From: a bacterium | GTDB lineage: Bacteria; UBA8248 | Reading direction: 5' to 3' | Length of the DNA: 64,000 nt | Assembly: GCA_965261085.1 (NCBI GenBank) | Contig: OZ253442.1 | Span: 2,240,001-2,304,000 of the forward strand | Shown: positions 19,964-30,428 of the stretch, in pieces | Layout: each line of letters opens with the position of its first letter | Position numbering within the stretch: position 1 is the first letter of the stretch | Notes under the pieces: model-generated | Seen by the model: only the letters and a program-made list of their open reading frames with translations | Told to the model about the DNA's origin: nothing | Database searches by the model: none | Position numbers and translations under genes: made by a program

Positions 19964-21304
19964 TCAAACGGCGAGGTTTTCTCGCAGAGTCTTGCCCTCA
20001 TAGGAATTCCTGTACCTCCCCCGTCTTTGTAATTCGGGAACCAGGTGATCCACGATGTTGAGCATAATCTCGCGTGGCCCGGCCTGGGACTGCTTGACCA
20101 TGAAGCCGCCGCGACTCCCGGTCGCTTCGAATATCTCTTCGAAACGATCGGCAATCTGCGCCGCCGTACCGGTGAGCGCGGTGGCGTAACCCGTTGCCGA
20201 CTCGAGCCCATGCCGGAAGAATTCCTCGCGATCGATCTCGGCGTGCTCGCCATATTTGTGCGCCAGGAGATTGACGAAACCCACCGGGGAGGCCTGCGCG
20301 GCGACGATCCGTTCTTGAAGTTCCGCCAGGGAGAATCGCGGCGGCAGTTGGGACATGTCGTAGCCGGTATTGTGCGACAGCCATACCCCGACGGCTTCGG
20401 TAGGCACATCGGCAATCAGCATTTCTCGCATCGCATGCGCCTGTTTCTCGGTTTCACCGACGATGGCCCTGAGCGCCCAGATGATGCCGACCTCCTCCGG
20501 GTCCCGCCCCTCTGCGACGAGGGCGTCATCGAGGTCTTGTCGTTGCTTCGTCATGAGCGGCAACGTTTTGGTTCTGCCAAAAACATGATCGGCGACATGA
20601 GCGGCGCCTTTGGTGCCGCGCGGAGAGCCTCCGGCCTGAATGATTACGGGACTTCCTTGAGGAGACGGAACGACGCTTAGAGGCCCCTTGACCTTGAAAA
20701 ACTTCCCCTGGTGGTTGATCGGATGAACTTTGGCAGGGTCGGCGATCCGGCCCGAAGCCTTGTCCCAGAGGAAAGCATCCGGTTCGACGCTTTTCCACAA
20801 CGCCCGGCAGACGTCGATAAACTCTTCCAGCCGCTCGTAGCGCTCACCATGCTCCGGAAGCCCATCGTAGCCATAGTTCGCAAAATCGGAACGGCGCGCC
20901 GAGGTGATGACGTTAAAGGCCATTCGACCGTTGGTAATATGGTCCATGGAATTCAAAAGACGCGCCGTATAAAAAGGGTGCATAAAGCTGGATGAGTACG
21001 TCAAGCCGAACCCGAGATGTTTGGTGACGCGTGACATCGCGACAATCCACGGACTCATGTCAAACCTTGGCCATGCGACGCCGTAGCTGACCGCATCGTC
21101 AATCGAGTCTTTCCACATGTCGGGAATGCCCGTCGAGTCTCCTAAGAAAATGAGGTCAAGACCGCCACGCTCCGCGACGCGCGCAACTTCCTCGAACAGG
21201 CCGATATTGGGGTGGTGGCGGTCTACCCACGAACCCGTATTCCTCCAGTTGCTCTCCACCTCGGTCCACGAGATATCGAATGCCAATTGGATGCGCTTCT
21301 TCAT
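19964..21304 (-). CDS. NtaA/DmoA/SoxA-family FMN-dependent monooxygenase
   Basis: AERGGLDLIFLGD, DHITNGRMAFNVITS, SPQGSPVIIQAGGS, LVPELQRRG and TLRENL motifs. Confidence 0.93.
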   Translation of the reverse strand: MKKRIQLAFDISWTEVESNWRNTGSWVDRHHPNIGLFEEVARVAERGGLDLIFLGDSTGIPDMWKDSIDDAVSYGVAWPRFDMSPWIVAMSRVTKHLGFGLTYSSSFMHPFYTARLLNSMDHITNGRMAFNVITSARRSDFANYGYDGLPEHGERYERLEEFIDVCRALWKSVEPDAFLWDKASGRIADPAKVHPINHQGKFFKVKGPLSVVPSPQGSPVIIQAGGSPRGTKGAAHVADHVFGRTKTLPLMTKQRQDLDDALVAEGRDPEEVGIIWALRAIVGETEKQAHAMREMLIADVPTEAVGVWLSHNTGYDMSQLPPRFSLAELQERIVAAQASPVGFVNLLAHKYGEHAEIDREEFFRHGLESATGYATALTGTAAQIADRFEEIFEATGSRGGFMVKQSQAGPREIMLNIVDHLVPELQRRGRYRNSYEGKTLRENLAV

Positions 21305-21684
21305 CTAATTTTCCTCGGAATATGACAATTACGCTCACCCTCGCCGGTAAGCTGATGTTGTCCGACTTTCTCCATTTGGCATCTTTAAGGGCGAAGTTTA
21401 CTACGGCTGGATGCGATCTTCCAGACCGGGTTTGATTGAGCCGTAGCCGAAAGTTGGTGAATGGAATAGCCATTTCGTGAGGCGTAAGCGTGCGGCAAGA
21501 AAAATCGGGGCCTTCCCCGCGATGAGGGGACGGGAAGGAACGGGATGAACACCTGCGGGAAAACCGACGGGAAAGAGGCGCGCCATTCGCATCGACCCGG
21601 GAGTCCGATCAGGGGTTCGCCGTCATTGCGGCGCATGCCGAAACGACCCGCCGTCGTTATATGGTAAGGGGTCGGCCCCTCTCC

Positions 21685-21927
21685 TCACCCCCCCACAATC
21701 GGCGGGAACACGCAAAGCTCCGACCCCGCGGGTATCACGACCGATTTCTTCGCGTGCCGCCCGTCGAGCAGGACGATATAAGCCTCCTCATAAGGAATCT
21801 CGAAGCGATCGAGCACGTCGTACACCCGCGCGTCCTCGGGCAGCGTGATTTCGGCCACGCCCTCCGCATCCTGCTCGGACGGCATTTTCTCCGCAAAATC
21901 GGCGAACAATTTGATGCGGATCTTCAT
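21685..21927 (-). CDS. MoaD/ThiS-family ubiquitin-like sulfur carrier
   Basis: MKIRIKLFA start, beta-grasp size (80 aa), C-terminal FPPIVGG. Confidence 0.88.
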   Translation of the reverse strand: MKIRIKLFADFAEKMPSEQDAEGVAEITLPEDARVYDVLDRFEIPYEEAYIVLLDGRHAKKSVVIPAGSELCVFPPIVGG

Positions 21928-22029
21928 GGACAACCTCTCGCCTCTTTCTTCCCGAATTTCCACCGGGCCTCACCCATCACCTGTGAAACGGTGTTCATGG
22001 CTGACGCTCTGGCGTTTTCCGGCGTAGCT

Positions 22030-23268
22030 TCAAGACCCGCTCTCCAGCATTTCTCTGGCGCGCGCCAGGGCCGCCTCGATCACCTGCTTGAGCGGTACCC
22101 CGTTTTCTTCCGCCAGGCGCTTGCAGTCCTCGTATTCGGGCGCGAGATTCGTGAGCATGCCCTCGAAGGTTCCTTTCTTGACGCGCACCCCGCCCCAGGG
22201 GAGCGCGACGTCCATCCACGCGCGCTCGGCGACCGCGCGCCCCGTCGTGCGGTGGCGAACGCCCAGGGTCGATGTTTCCTGAAACAGGAAGCGGGTGAGG
22301 GCGTCTTGTTTCGCGAGAGGGCTTAAGACCGTGAGCAGTTGTCCGGGCCTTCCCTTCTTGCCCGTCACGGGTATGGAGAACGCATCGAGCGCGCCCGCCT
22401 TAAGCGCCCCTTCGATGATGTGGGGGAAAAGTTCGGGGCTCATGTCGTCGATGTTGGCCTCTAGCACGGCGATGGTGGTGGGCGGTCCCTCGCCTTCGGT
22501 ACTCGCCTCGGTTTCTCCCAAAAAGGCGCGAACGGCGTTGGGGGTGTTCGGTTGGTCCTTGTCGCCCGCGCCGTAGCCCACCCGCGTTATCGTCATCTCG
22601 GGCATGGGGCCGAAAAATTCCGCGCTCTCGCCGAGCAATAAGGCCCCCGTGGGCGTCAGAACCTCGCCTTCCAGATCGCTCTCGGCCACGGGTATGCCTT
22701 CGAGCAGTTTCGCGGTCGCGGGCGCGGGGACGGGCATCCGCCCATGCGCGCATTGTACGAATCCGCGTCCCACAGGCAGGGGAGAGGCCGCGACCCGCTC
22801 GATTCCCAGCATGTGGAGGCCCAGAAAATAGCCCGTGATGTCGATGATGGAATCAATCGCGCCCACTTCGTGGAAATGGATGGCGTCGAGGCCGACGCCG
22901 TGGATGCCCGCCTCCACGACTCCCAGGCGGTGAAACGCGGAGATGGCGCGGTTTTTGGGAGCCTCGGGGATGGACGCCTTTTCGAGAATTTCCCGAATCT
23001 GCACGTAAGAACGGCCATGATGGTGCGCGCCGTGGGAGTCCCCCCCTTCGTGGTGATGATGGTGGGTTTCTTGTGTAATGTTCACCCTGAACATCCTGGC
23101 CGTAACTCCTTGTTTAATCAGTCTCTCAGAATAAAGGGAATAACCATCAATCCCCAGCTTCGCAAGCTCGCCTTCGAGTGCAGGAAAATCGAGGCCTACG
23201 TCTATCAAAGCGCCCACGAGCATATCGCCCGCAGCCCCAGCAAAGCAGTCGAAATAGATCGTCTTCAT
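22030..23268 (-). CDS. larC: nickel-pincer cofactor nickel insertase
   Basis: YFDCFAGAAGDM, His-rich loop, HFHEVGAIDSI, LTPTGA, EANIDDM and PEYEDC motifs. Confidence 0.96.
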   Translation of the reverse strand: MKTIYFDCFAGAAGDMLVGALIDVGLDFPALEGELAKLGIDGYSLYSERLIKQGVTARMFRVNITQETHHHHHEGGDSHGAHHHGRSYVQIREILEKASIPEAPKNRAISAFHRLGVVEAGIHGVGLDAIHFHEVGAIDSIIDITGYFLGLHMLGIERVAASPLPVGRGFVQCAHGRMPVPAPATAKLLEGIPVAESDLEGEVLTPTGALLLGESAEFFGPMPEMTITRVGYGAGDKDQPNTPNAVRAFLGETEASTEGEGPPTTIAVLEANIDDMSPELFPHIIEGALKAGALDAFSIPVTGKKGRPGQLLTVLSPLAKQDALTRFLFQETSTLGVRHRTTGRAVAERAWMDVALPWGGVRVKKGTFEGMLTNLAPEYEDCKRLAEENGVPLKQVIEAALARAREMLESGS

Positions 23269-24023
23269 GAAGCGGCCGTTTGCTTGTTGATGAGGTGCGC
23301 CTGACACGCCGCGCCGAAGCCGTTGTCGATATTCACCACGCTTAAGCCCGATGCGCATGAGGTCAGCATGGCGAACAGCGTCGTCAGCCCGCCCAGGTTC
23401 GCGCCGTAGCCCACCGAGGTGGGCACCGCGATGACGGGGCAGGCCATCAGACCGGCGACCACGGAGGGCAGGGCGCCTTCCATCCCCGCCACGGCGATGA
23501 TGACGTTCGCGGTGCGCAGGGTTTTCACTTCCGCCAGGAGGCGATGCAGGCCCGCTACGCCCACGTCGTAGACGCGCGTCACCTCAGAACCCAGAATGCG
23601 CGCGGTCACCGCCGCCTCCTCGGCGACGGGCATGTCGGATGTGCCCGCGCAAACGACTGCGACAGAACCGACGGGAGCGGGTGGATTCTTGGACGGGATT
23701 TCGACGATGCGGGCGGTTTCGTGGTGAAGCGCCCGGGGAGATAATTCCAGCAGGGCTTCGGCCTGCTCCGCCTTGGCGTGCGTGAGCAGAACAGATTGTT
23801 CTTTCGCCATCAGGCTCCTGGCGATTTCGACGACTTGGCTCCTGGTTTTCCCCGCGCCGAAGATGACCTCGGGAAACCCGTTTCTCAGGGCGCGATGGTG
23901 GTCCACCCTCGTGTGGCCCAGATCCTCGAAGGGCAGATCGCGAAGGCGCGCTGCGGCGTCATCCGGAGCGAGACGGCCCTGTTTCACCTGCTCCAGGAGT
24001 TCGAGGATGAGGTTCGGGTTCAC
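23265..24023 (-). CDS. larB: nickel-pincer cofactor biosynthesis carboxylase/hydrolase
   Basis: DHHRALRNGFPEVIFG, AGTSDMPVAEEA, VAGMEGALPS, PTSVGYG and VNIDNGFGA motifs; GTG start overlaps the larE stop. Confidence 0.95.
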   Translation of the reverse strand: MNPNLILELLEQVKQGRLAPDDAAARLRDLPFEDLGHTRVDHHRALRNGFPEVIFGAGKTRSQVVEIARSLMAKEQSVLLTHAKAEQAEALLELSPRALHHETARIVEIPSKNPPAPVGSVAVVCAGTSDMPVAEEAAVTARILGSEVTRVYDVGVAGLHRLLAEVKTLRTANVIIAVAGMEGALPSVVAGLMACPVIAVPTSVGYGANLGGLTTLFAMLTSCASGLSVVNIDNGFGAACQAHLINKQTAAS

Positions 24024-24868
24024 GAGAGGATGAGAAGATCGGGCTTGCGCTCGAATTTGAGCACTTCGTTCATACTTCCCGAACGGAATCCTTCCAGGTC
24101 GATGGTCACGTAGTTGAAGCCGGCCTCTTTCATGCGGGCGATCACTTGCTCTGAGATTTCTTCGTCTACCAGGCGCGCGATGTCGGCCTTGGGCACCTCG
24201 ATCCTGGCGACGTCGCCGTGGTGGCGCACCCGCAACTGCCGGAAGCCCAACTCCCGCAATCCGCTTTCCGCCTTTTCGACCTGGGCGATCTTCTCGGGCG
24301 TGATGCGGTCTCCATAGGGGAACCTGCTCGAGAGACACGCCTGCGCCGGTTTGTCCCAGGTGGGGAGGCCGAACGATTGGGAGAGGGTGCGGATGTCCTC
24401 TTTCGTCATTCCCACTTCCATGAGCGGGCTTCTCACGTCCAACTCCCGCGCCGCCTGCATGCCGGGACGATGATCGCCCACGTCGTCGGCGTTCGAGCCG
24501 TCGACGATGTGGGCCATTTCCTCCTGGGCCGCCACGCGGCTCAAGACGGTATAGAGTTCGTTTTTGCAGAAATAACAACGATTCGGCGGGTTGTTTCCAA
24601 AAGATTCATCCGCTATCTCGTCGGTGTCCACGATGATGTGGCGAATCCCGATTTGCGCCGCAAGGGTGCCCGATTCCTTGAGTTCGGAGGAGGCCAAGGT
24701 GACGGAGCGGCCCGTGACGGCGAGCGCTCCCGCGCCCAGAACCTCGTGTGCGACTTTGGCCAGAAATGTGCTGTCCACGCCCGCCGAGAACGCGACCAGA
24801 ACGCTCCCCATCTCCTCCAGGGTTTGTTCGAGTTTTTTGAGTTTTACGTTCGGCTTCGCATCGCTCAA
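24020..24868 (-). CDS. larE: ATP-dependent sulfur transferase LarE (Fe-S type)
   Basis: AFSAGVDS PP-loop, RCYFCK, DGSNADD, RPGMQA and ACLSSRF motifs. Confidence 0.95.
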   Translation of the reverse strand: MSDAKPNVKLKKLEQTLEEMGSVLVAFSAGVDSTFLAKVAHEVLGAGALAVTGRSVTLASSELKESGTLAAQIGIRHIIVDTDEIADESFGNNPPNRCYFCKNELYTVLSRVAAQEEMAHIVDGSNADDVGDHRPGMQAARELDVRSPLMEVGMTKEDIRTLSQSFGLPTWDKPAQACLSSRFPYGDRITPEKIAQVEKAESGLRELGFRQLRVRHHGDVARIEVPKADIARLVDEEISEQVIARMKEAGFNYVTIDLEGFRSGSMNEVLKFERKPDLLILS

Positions 24869-25188
24869 GATGAGTCTCCGTTAGGCGGCTGGATGTGCAT
24901 ATTCTATCCCGTCCTGCTCACCGAGAGCAACGCATCGACATTCGAGGTTTCATGGCGTATGACGATATCCGGTTCCTGGCAAGGAGGAGTCATGGGCGCG
25001 CTCGTCGGGGAGGCTGAGGCTGCTGTGAATGGAAGCATAAAAGGAGAGGGATTCTTTTAGTGCCACGAGAGAGTCCCCCGCTGATGTTTGATCGCCAAGG
25101 GATAGTCAAATCGTTCTGAATGGTCTATATGTTCGCCGTTTGAAAAGTTCAAGACGATGATGCGGACAAATAATAGAGGTGTAAGACT

Positions 25189-26277
25189 TTGAACGTGGAA
25201 GACTTGCTGAGAAAGGGCGTCTCATCGCTTCACGCCTATGTTCCGGGGCGCTCCATCGAAGAGGTGGCCGCCGAGTACGGGCTGAGCGAAGTCATCAAGC
25301 TCGCCAGCAACGAGAATGCGCTCGGCCCCGCACCCGGCGCGGTGGATGCGATTCGCAGCGCGCTTGATGGCCTGCACCGCTATCCCGACGGCGGGGCGAA
25401 GGCGCTGGTGGGCCGACTGGCGCAAAAACTGGGCGTCTCCCCGTCGCAGGTGTTCATGGGCAACGGCGGAGACGACGTTCTCTCCGTCTTGAGCAGAACC
25501 TTTCTCAACGACAGCGACGAGGTGGTCATTCCCCAGCCGACCTTCAGCCCCTATGCGCATGTGAGCCGGGTGATGGGCGCACAAGTCGTTTTCTCGCCTC
25601 TGCGGGATATGAAAATCGATCTGGACGACGTTCTCGATAAGGTTTCCGGGCGCACGAAAATCGTCTTCCTTTGTTCTCCGAACAACCCCACGGGCGGGAT
25701 TCTGGCCGAAGGTGAACTCGTCTCCTTCCTCGAAAAAATACCCGAAGGCCTCCTGGTGCTCCTGGATGAGGCCTATGGCGATTTCGCAGACGACCCTTCG
25801 TATCCCGACAGCGTCTCTTTGATCGACCGCTTTCCGCTGGTCGTCCTGCGGTCGTTTTCGAAAATCTACGGCCTGGCCGGCCTTCGCGTGGGATTCGCCT
25901 TGAGCCGAGAGGGCGTCGTTGATTACATGAACCGCGTTCGCGAGCCTTTCAACGTGAATCAGCTCGCGCAGGCGGCGGCCCTGGCAGCGCTCGAGGACGA
26001 CGGCTACAGGGAGCGCGCCATCGCTCTGGTTCGGAAGGGAAGAGAAGCGCTCTACCTGGCGTTTGAGAAGATGGGACTCGATTACGTGGAGAGCCAGGCC
26101 AATTTTATTTTCGTGCGCGTGGGGGACGGCGATGCGGCGATGGACGCCCTGATGCGCGAGGGCGTCATCGTTCGTCCCGGCAGCGCGTTCGGACATCCCG
26201 AATGGATCCGCGTCACCGTCGGACTCGAGACGGAGAACGAGCGCTTCCTCCTGAAGCTCAGAGATTTTCTCGCCTGA
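25189..26277 (+). CDS. hisC: histidinol-phosphate aminotransferase
   Basis: KLASNEN, RYPD, SPNNPTG, DEAY and RSFSKIYGLAGLRVG motifs. Confidence 0.93.
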   Translation: MNVEDLLRKGVSSLHAYVPGRSIEEVAAEYGLSEVIKLASNENALGPAPGAVDAIRSALDGLHRYPDGGAKALVGRLAQKLGVSPSQVFMGNGGDDVLSVLSRTFLNDSDEVVIPQPTFSPYAHVSRVMGAQVVFSPLRDMKIDLDDVLDKVSGRTKIVFLCSPNNPTGGILAEGELVSFLEKIPEGLLVLLDEAYGDFADDPSYPDSVSLIDRFPLVVLRSFSKIYGLAGLRVGFALSREGVVDYMNRVREPFNVNQLAQAAALAALEDDGYRERAIALVRKGREALYLAFEKMGLDYVESQANFIFVRVGDGDAAMDALMREGVIVRPGSAFGHPEWIRVTVGLETENERFLLKLRDFLA

Positions 26278-26326
26278 GATTGTTTCGTGATGTGCTCAGC
26301 CGGAATCTGAAAACGGTTTTGAAAAT

Positions 26327-26370
26327 AAAACCCCCGACGCGGGCGTTTCGTTTCCTGCGTCGGGGGTTTT
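26327..26370. terminator. bidirectional intrinsic terminator
   Basis: Perfect 14-bp inverted repeat AAAACCCCCGACGC/GCGTCGGGGGTTTT between convergent hisC and HU genes. Confidence 0.7.
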
Positions 26371-26523
26371 GGCTTAAAATTTCTGTTTCGAGGATGAAGA
26401 CTTTACGGATGCCGGATAAATACGAAAACGGGACTACTCGGCGCTTAAGTGGAGGTTGCCTGACGGAATCCCAATATACCGAATCGGGTGATTCTCGAAT
26501 GCGGCGTGTTCAGAGGCCCGTGT

Positions 26524-26799
26524 TTATTTGTTCACCGCATCCTTGAGGCCTTTGCCTGCGGAGAACTTGGGCGCCTTGCTCGCCTTGATGGATATTTCCT
26601 CGCCCGTTTGCGGGTTGCGTCCCGTACGCGCGGCCCGCTTTGAAACGGAAAATGTTCCGAATCCGACCAGAGAGACGCGGTCCCCTTTTTTCAGAGCTTG
26701 CGTCACGGAATCAAGCAAGGACTTCAGGGCCCGGTCTGCCGCCGCCTTCGATATGCCGGCCTCACCGGCGATTTTTTCTACAAGATCGGATCTCTGCAT
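26524..26799 (-). CDS. hup: HU family DNA-binding protein
   Basis: [24 protein letters not shown] signature. Confidence 0.97.
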   Translation of the reverse strand: MQRSDLVEKIAGEAGISKAAADRALKSLLDSVTQALKKGDRVSLVGFGTFSVSKRAARTGRNPQTGEEISIKASKAPKFSAGKGLKDAVNK

Positions 26800-27067
26800 T
26801 GGAGTCCTCCACTTTCAATTACGGGCTTTATGTAACCGATGACATCGCTATTGTATATCATAAGATAAACCAATCTATCTTAGCCACACGGAGAGGTCAA
26901 TACATAAAGTGGGGGGAGGGGAATTATCTCATCGGTTGGCATGTTTTTGTAACTATAAATCTTTTAATATTAGATACTTAAAAAAATCAAAAATCTTTAT
27001 CAAATCTGCAAATAGAGTGAGCACGCGTGTTTAGACTGTTTCGCGAAACTTTACTGAAGACTGAAAC

Positions 27068-28789
27068 CTAGCGGAGCGAGAGGCCCGTGCGGCGCGGCAT
27101 TTTGCGAAGGCGCTCATAGCGCGCGACGGTGGGCTGTTCGAGCAGGGGTTTGGGCTCGTTCTCGAGGTTTTGCTGGTGGACGTCATCCGCGAAACCTTTC
27201 ATGCCAACCCGGGGCAGCGCCTTGCCGATGAAGCGCTCGATGTTCTTGACGGGCGTGATTTCGCCGGGCGACATGAGCGTCATGGCGAAACCGATGCGGC
27301 CTGCGCGCGCCGTTCTGCCTGCCCGGTGCACGTAGTCTTCGGGGTATTCGGGCACGTCGTAGTTGATGACGTGCGAGATGCCCGTCACGTCGATGCCGCG
27401 CGAAACGATGTCCGTCGCCACGAGAATGCGGTGCTTGCCCTGGCGAAATCCAGTCAGCGCGCTCTCTCTCTGGCGCTGGCTTCTGTCCGAATGAATCTTG
27501 GCGACGGAAATTTCCTCGTTCTCCAGGAAATTGCAGAGCACATCGGCCCCGGTTTTGGTTCGCGTGAAGATGAGAACGCTGGTGGGGTTGTATTTGTCGA
27601 TGATGCCCAACACGCCGCGCGGCTTGTTCGCCATGCTGATGGGATAGACGCCGTGGTGGATGCCCTCCGCCGGCGTCGAGGGCGTCGAGATGTTGATCTG
27701 GACCGGCTCGCTCACCGCGCGGTTCGCCAGATCCTGAATTTTCTGGGGCATGGTGGCGGAGAAGAGCATGGTTTGCCGCTTTTCGGGCAAGCGTTTCAGT
27801 ATATCGGTGATCTCCTCGGCGAAGCCCATGTCCAGCATGCGGTCGGCCTCGTCGATGATGAGGATCTCCAGTTTCCTGAAATGAACGGATTTCCGGTTCA
27901 GGTGGTCGAGCAGTCTGCCGGGCGTCGCGACGACGATGTCCACGTCGTCCTGAAACGCCTGGAATTGGGGCTCGTAGTCCACTCCGCCGTAAATGACGGC
28001 GCACGAGGTTTCGAGGTGTTTCCCCAGCCGGTGGAAATGCTCAGAAACCTGGATGGCCAGCTCTCGCGTGGGCGTCAGGACGAGACACCGCGTGCCCGAG
28101 CCGCCTTGTAAGCGTTCAAGCGTCGGCAATGCGAACGAAGCGGTTTTGCCCGTACCCGTCTGGGCGCAGCCGATGATGTCCCGCCCCTCGCGCGCGACGG
28201 GAATCGCCTCCCGCTGGATGGGAGTGGGGGATTCGAACCCGAGGCCGTGAATCCCTCGGAGCAGTTCCGGCCCGAAGCCGAGTTCCCGGAAGCCCTCGGG
28301 CGCCTCGTCGACCTCGAAATCGCCCACGCCGAATTCGGCGGGGTCTTTTTGGTAGGTGATTCCGTTATAGGAGGGATTTGCGGCTTTCTGGGATTTTTGC
28401 GGCGCGGCCTGCGCTCCCGCCACCGCGGGTTTTTTGTTATGGCGCCTTCTTTTTCTTTGATTTTTGGATGGGTTATCGTCGTTTTTCAGCTTTTTCGATT
28501 CTAGGGTCGTTCCGTTTTGCTTATGCAAAGGTTCTCCATTATTTTGTTTTCTCCGCGGGCGTCTGCGCCGGCGGCGCGGATTCACGGAATTCGTTGTCGT
28601 CGGGTCGGTTTTTTCCTGCCGGGATTCGACATCGGCGGGTTTCGAGGTGGAAGATGCGTTGCTCCGATCGGCATGGGTTGCGGATGGCGCGGAAGCGGAT
28701 TCCTGAACCTTGGGGGGAGATTGACTCTCGGGGGAGTTTGCTTTGTTTTTGGAGCGAATGATGCTCGCTAAATGTTTGAAAATTCTCAC
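27068..28789 (-). CDS. DEAD-box RNA helicase with long disordered N-terminus
   Basis: Q motif, AQTGTGKT, PTRELA, DEAD, SAT and HRAGRTAR motifs. Confidence 0.95.
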   Translation of the reverse strand: MRIFKHLASIIRSKNKANSPESQSPPKVQESASAPSATHADRSNASSTSKPADVESRQEKTDPTTTNSVNPRRRRRRPRRKQNNGEPLHKQNGTTLESKKLKNDDNPSKNQRKRRRHNKKPAVAGAQAAPQKSQKAANPSYNGITYQKDPAEFGVGDFEVDEAPEGFRELGFGPELLRGIHGLGFESPTPIQREAIPVAREGRDIIGCAQTGTGKTASFALPTLERLQGGSGTRCLVLTPTRELAIQVSEHFHRLGKHLETSCAVIYGGVDYEPQFQAFQDDVDIVVATPGRLLDHLNRKSVHFRKLEILIIDEADRMLDMGFAEEITDILKRLPEKRQTMLFSATMPQKIQDLANRAVSEPVQINISTPSTPAEGIHHGVYPISMANKPRGVLGIIDKYNPTSVLIFTRTKTGADVLCNFLENEEISVAKIHSDRSQRQRESALTGFRQGKHRILVATDIVSRGIDVTGISHVINYDVPEYPEDYVHRAGRTARAGRIGFAMTLMSPGEITPVKNIERFIGKALPRVGMKGFADDVHQQNLENEPKPLLEQPTVARYERLRKMPRRTGLSLR

Positions 28790-28867
28790 GATTAATGTTT
28801 ATAGGAAAGATGTTCGCGTCTGTCAAGCGCGAAACTCGAGGACTCGTAATTGCAAGGGAGTGGGTTC

Positions 28868-29869
28868 ATGACGAAAAAAGGGATCGTTTTGTGGCATCAG
28901 GAGACCATCGACGCGCGCGACATTCCGCTGTTCGCCCGGTGGTGTGAGGATTCGGGCATCGACTCGCTCTGGTTTCCCGAAACCTGGGTGCGCGACGGCA
29001 GCATCCACATCGCCATGGCGGCGCAGGCGGTGGACAACATCAAGCTGGGCTCGGCGGTGTTCAACATTTACGGTAGAAGCCCGGGTTTGATGGCCCAAAC
29101 GGCGGCGGAACTCGACGTGTTGAGCAATGGCCGCTTCCATCTCGGGCTCGGCTCGAGCGGCCGGGCGGTGATCGAGAACTGGCACGGGGTTCCCTTCGGC
29201 AGCCCCCTGAAGCGCTCACGGGAGATGGTCGAAGCCCTGCGTCAGGCGTTTCGCGGCGATCGCGTGGAGCTCAGTGGCGAAATCTACCGGATGAGCGGTT
29301 TCAAGCTCAGGCGAAGGCCGGTGCAGGAGCGCCTGCCCATCTATCTGGGGTCAAACGGCCCGAACTATACGAGGCTGACCGGTGAGATCGCCGATGGCTG
29401 GATTCCTTTCTGCATCCCGTTTTCGAAAACACAAGACGCGCTGAAATTCCTGGAAGAGGGCGCTGAATCGGCGGGCAGGGCGGTTTCTGAAATCGACGTG
29501 GCGCCCTTCGTCTACGCGGCGCCTTTTGACGATCTGGCGCGCGCGCGCGCACTCGTAAAGCCCGAACTCGGCTTTTACATCGGCGCGATGGGCGATTACT
29601 ATCACGCCCAGCTCACGCGCTGGGGCTACGGGGAAGACGCCGACAACATCCGGGTGGCCTGGCGGAAGGGAGGCCGCAGAGTTGTGGGAGAAGCGCTCTC
29701 GGATGAACTGGTGGATGATCTCGCCATCTGCGGTCCCAAATCGAGATGCAACGAGATGCTGGCCTCTCTCAGGGAGATGGGCGTCACGCAGCCGCTTTTC
29801 CGCGTGCCCGACGAGACGCCCGAAGAGGACGTGAAGCGAGCGCTTAGGACATTGGGAGAACTCGACTAG
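28868..29869 (+). CDS. luciferase-like (LLM) flavin/F420-dependent oxidoreductase
   Basis: WFPETW, LDVLSNGRFHLGLGSSG, PIYLG and GEIADGW motifs. Confidence 0.9.
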   Translation: MTKKGIVLWHQETIDARDIPLFARWCEDSGIDSLWFPETWVRDGSIHIAMAAQAVDNIKLGSAVFNIYGRSPGLMAQTAAELDVLSNGRFHLGLGSSGRAVIENWHGVPFGSPLKRSREMVEALRQAFRGDRVELSGEIYRMSGFKLRRRPVQERLPIYLGSNGPNYTRLTGEIADGWIPFCIPFSKTQDALKFLEEGAESAGRAVSEIDVAPFVYAAPFDDLARARALVKPELGFYIGAMGDYYHAQLTRWGYGEDADNIRVAWRKGGRRVVGEALSDELVDDLAICGPKSRCNEMLASLREMGVTQPLFRVPDETPEEDVKRALRTLGELD

Positions 29870-29873
29870 AGCG

Positions 29874-30398
29874 CTAAACGGGGTATCGCCCCCAGCCTGC
29901 GATGTGGCCCCTCAGATAGCAGATTTGCCCGATGTGCGAGAGGTGATCGCCCAGATACCTTCCCAGCACCAGACCGAGCTTGATGGGTTTCTTGGTGTAG
30001 AAATCGATTTCTTCCCGCTCCAGGTCCGCCGCGCTTAATTCCGCGAGGCAGGGGAGCGTTTTTTCGCGCACTGCTTCGAAATAACCCATCAGGGCGTCCT
30101 TGCTGACTTTAAGCGCGAGAACCTGTTCGAGAGTAAAGCCCACGCCGGTGCATTCAGTGTCGGGCTCCATGCCGAACCGATCGTGCCATTTCCCCTCTAT
30201 CCAAAGCTCCTGAGTTCCGCCGATGAACGAAAATGTTCTGTCCTCAAAGCGCGTCATATGCCAGACGAGCCAGCCCATGGGGTTGTCGTTCGGGCCCGGC
30301 TGAACCATTAAATCCTCATCGGTGACGTCATCCATGACTTCTCTAAGCCTCATCCCGTAGGCTTCCAGTCGCTCTCCTATGATTGTCGACGCATCCAT
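29874..30398 (-). CDS. DinB family protein
   Basis: NPMGWLVWHMTRFED and DHLSHIGQI metal-binding His pattern. Confidence 0.85.
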   Translation of the reverse strand: MDASTIIGERLEAYGMRLREVMDDVTDEDLMVQPGPNDNPMGWLVWHMTRFEDRTFSFIGGTQELWIEGKWHDRFGMEPDTECTGVGFTLEQVLALKVSKDALMGYFEAVREKTLPCLAELSAADLEREEIDFYTKKPIKLGLVLGRYLGDHLSHIGQICYLRGHIAGWGRYPV

Positions 30399-30428
30399 GT
30401 CCAGATTCCTCCATGGTTCGTGATGCAG

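Noticed and set aside
19964-20415. N-terminal part of the 267-aa ORF 19612-20415
   Set aside because: It overlaps the monooxygenase in another frame and looks like shadow sequence; only the distal fragment appears protein-like.
21305-21684. Possible riboswitch or ncRNA upstream of the monooxygenase
   Set aside because: The region is GC-rich with possible pairings, but I recognised no riboswitch consensus; an Rfam search would be needed.
24024-24578. Long N-terminal extension of larB in the ORF track
   Set aside because: It lies inside larE in an alternate frame; LarB homology begins at GTG 24023.
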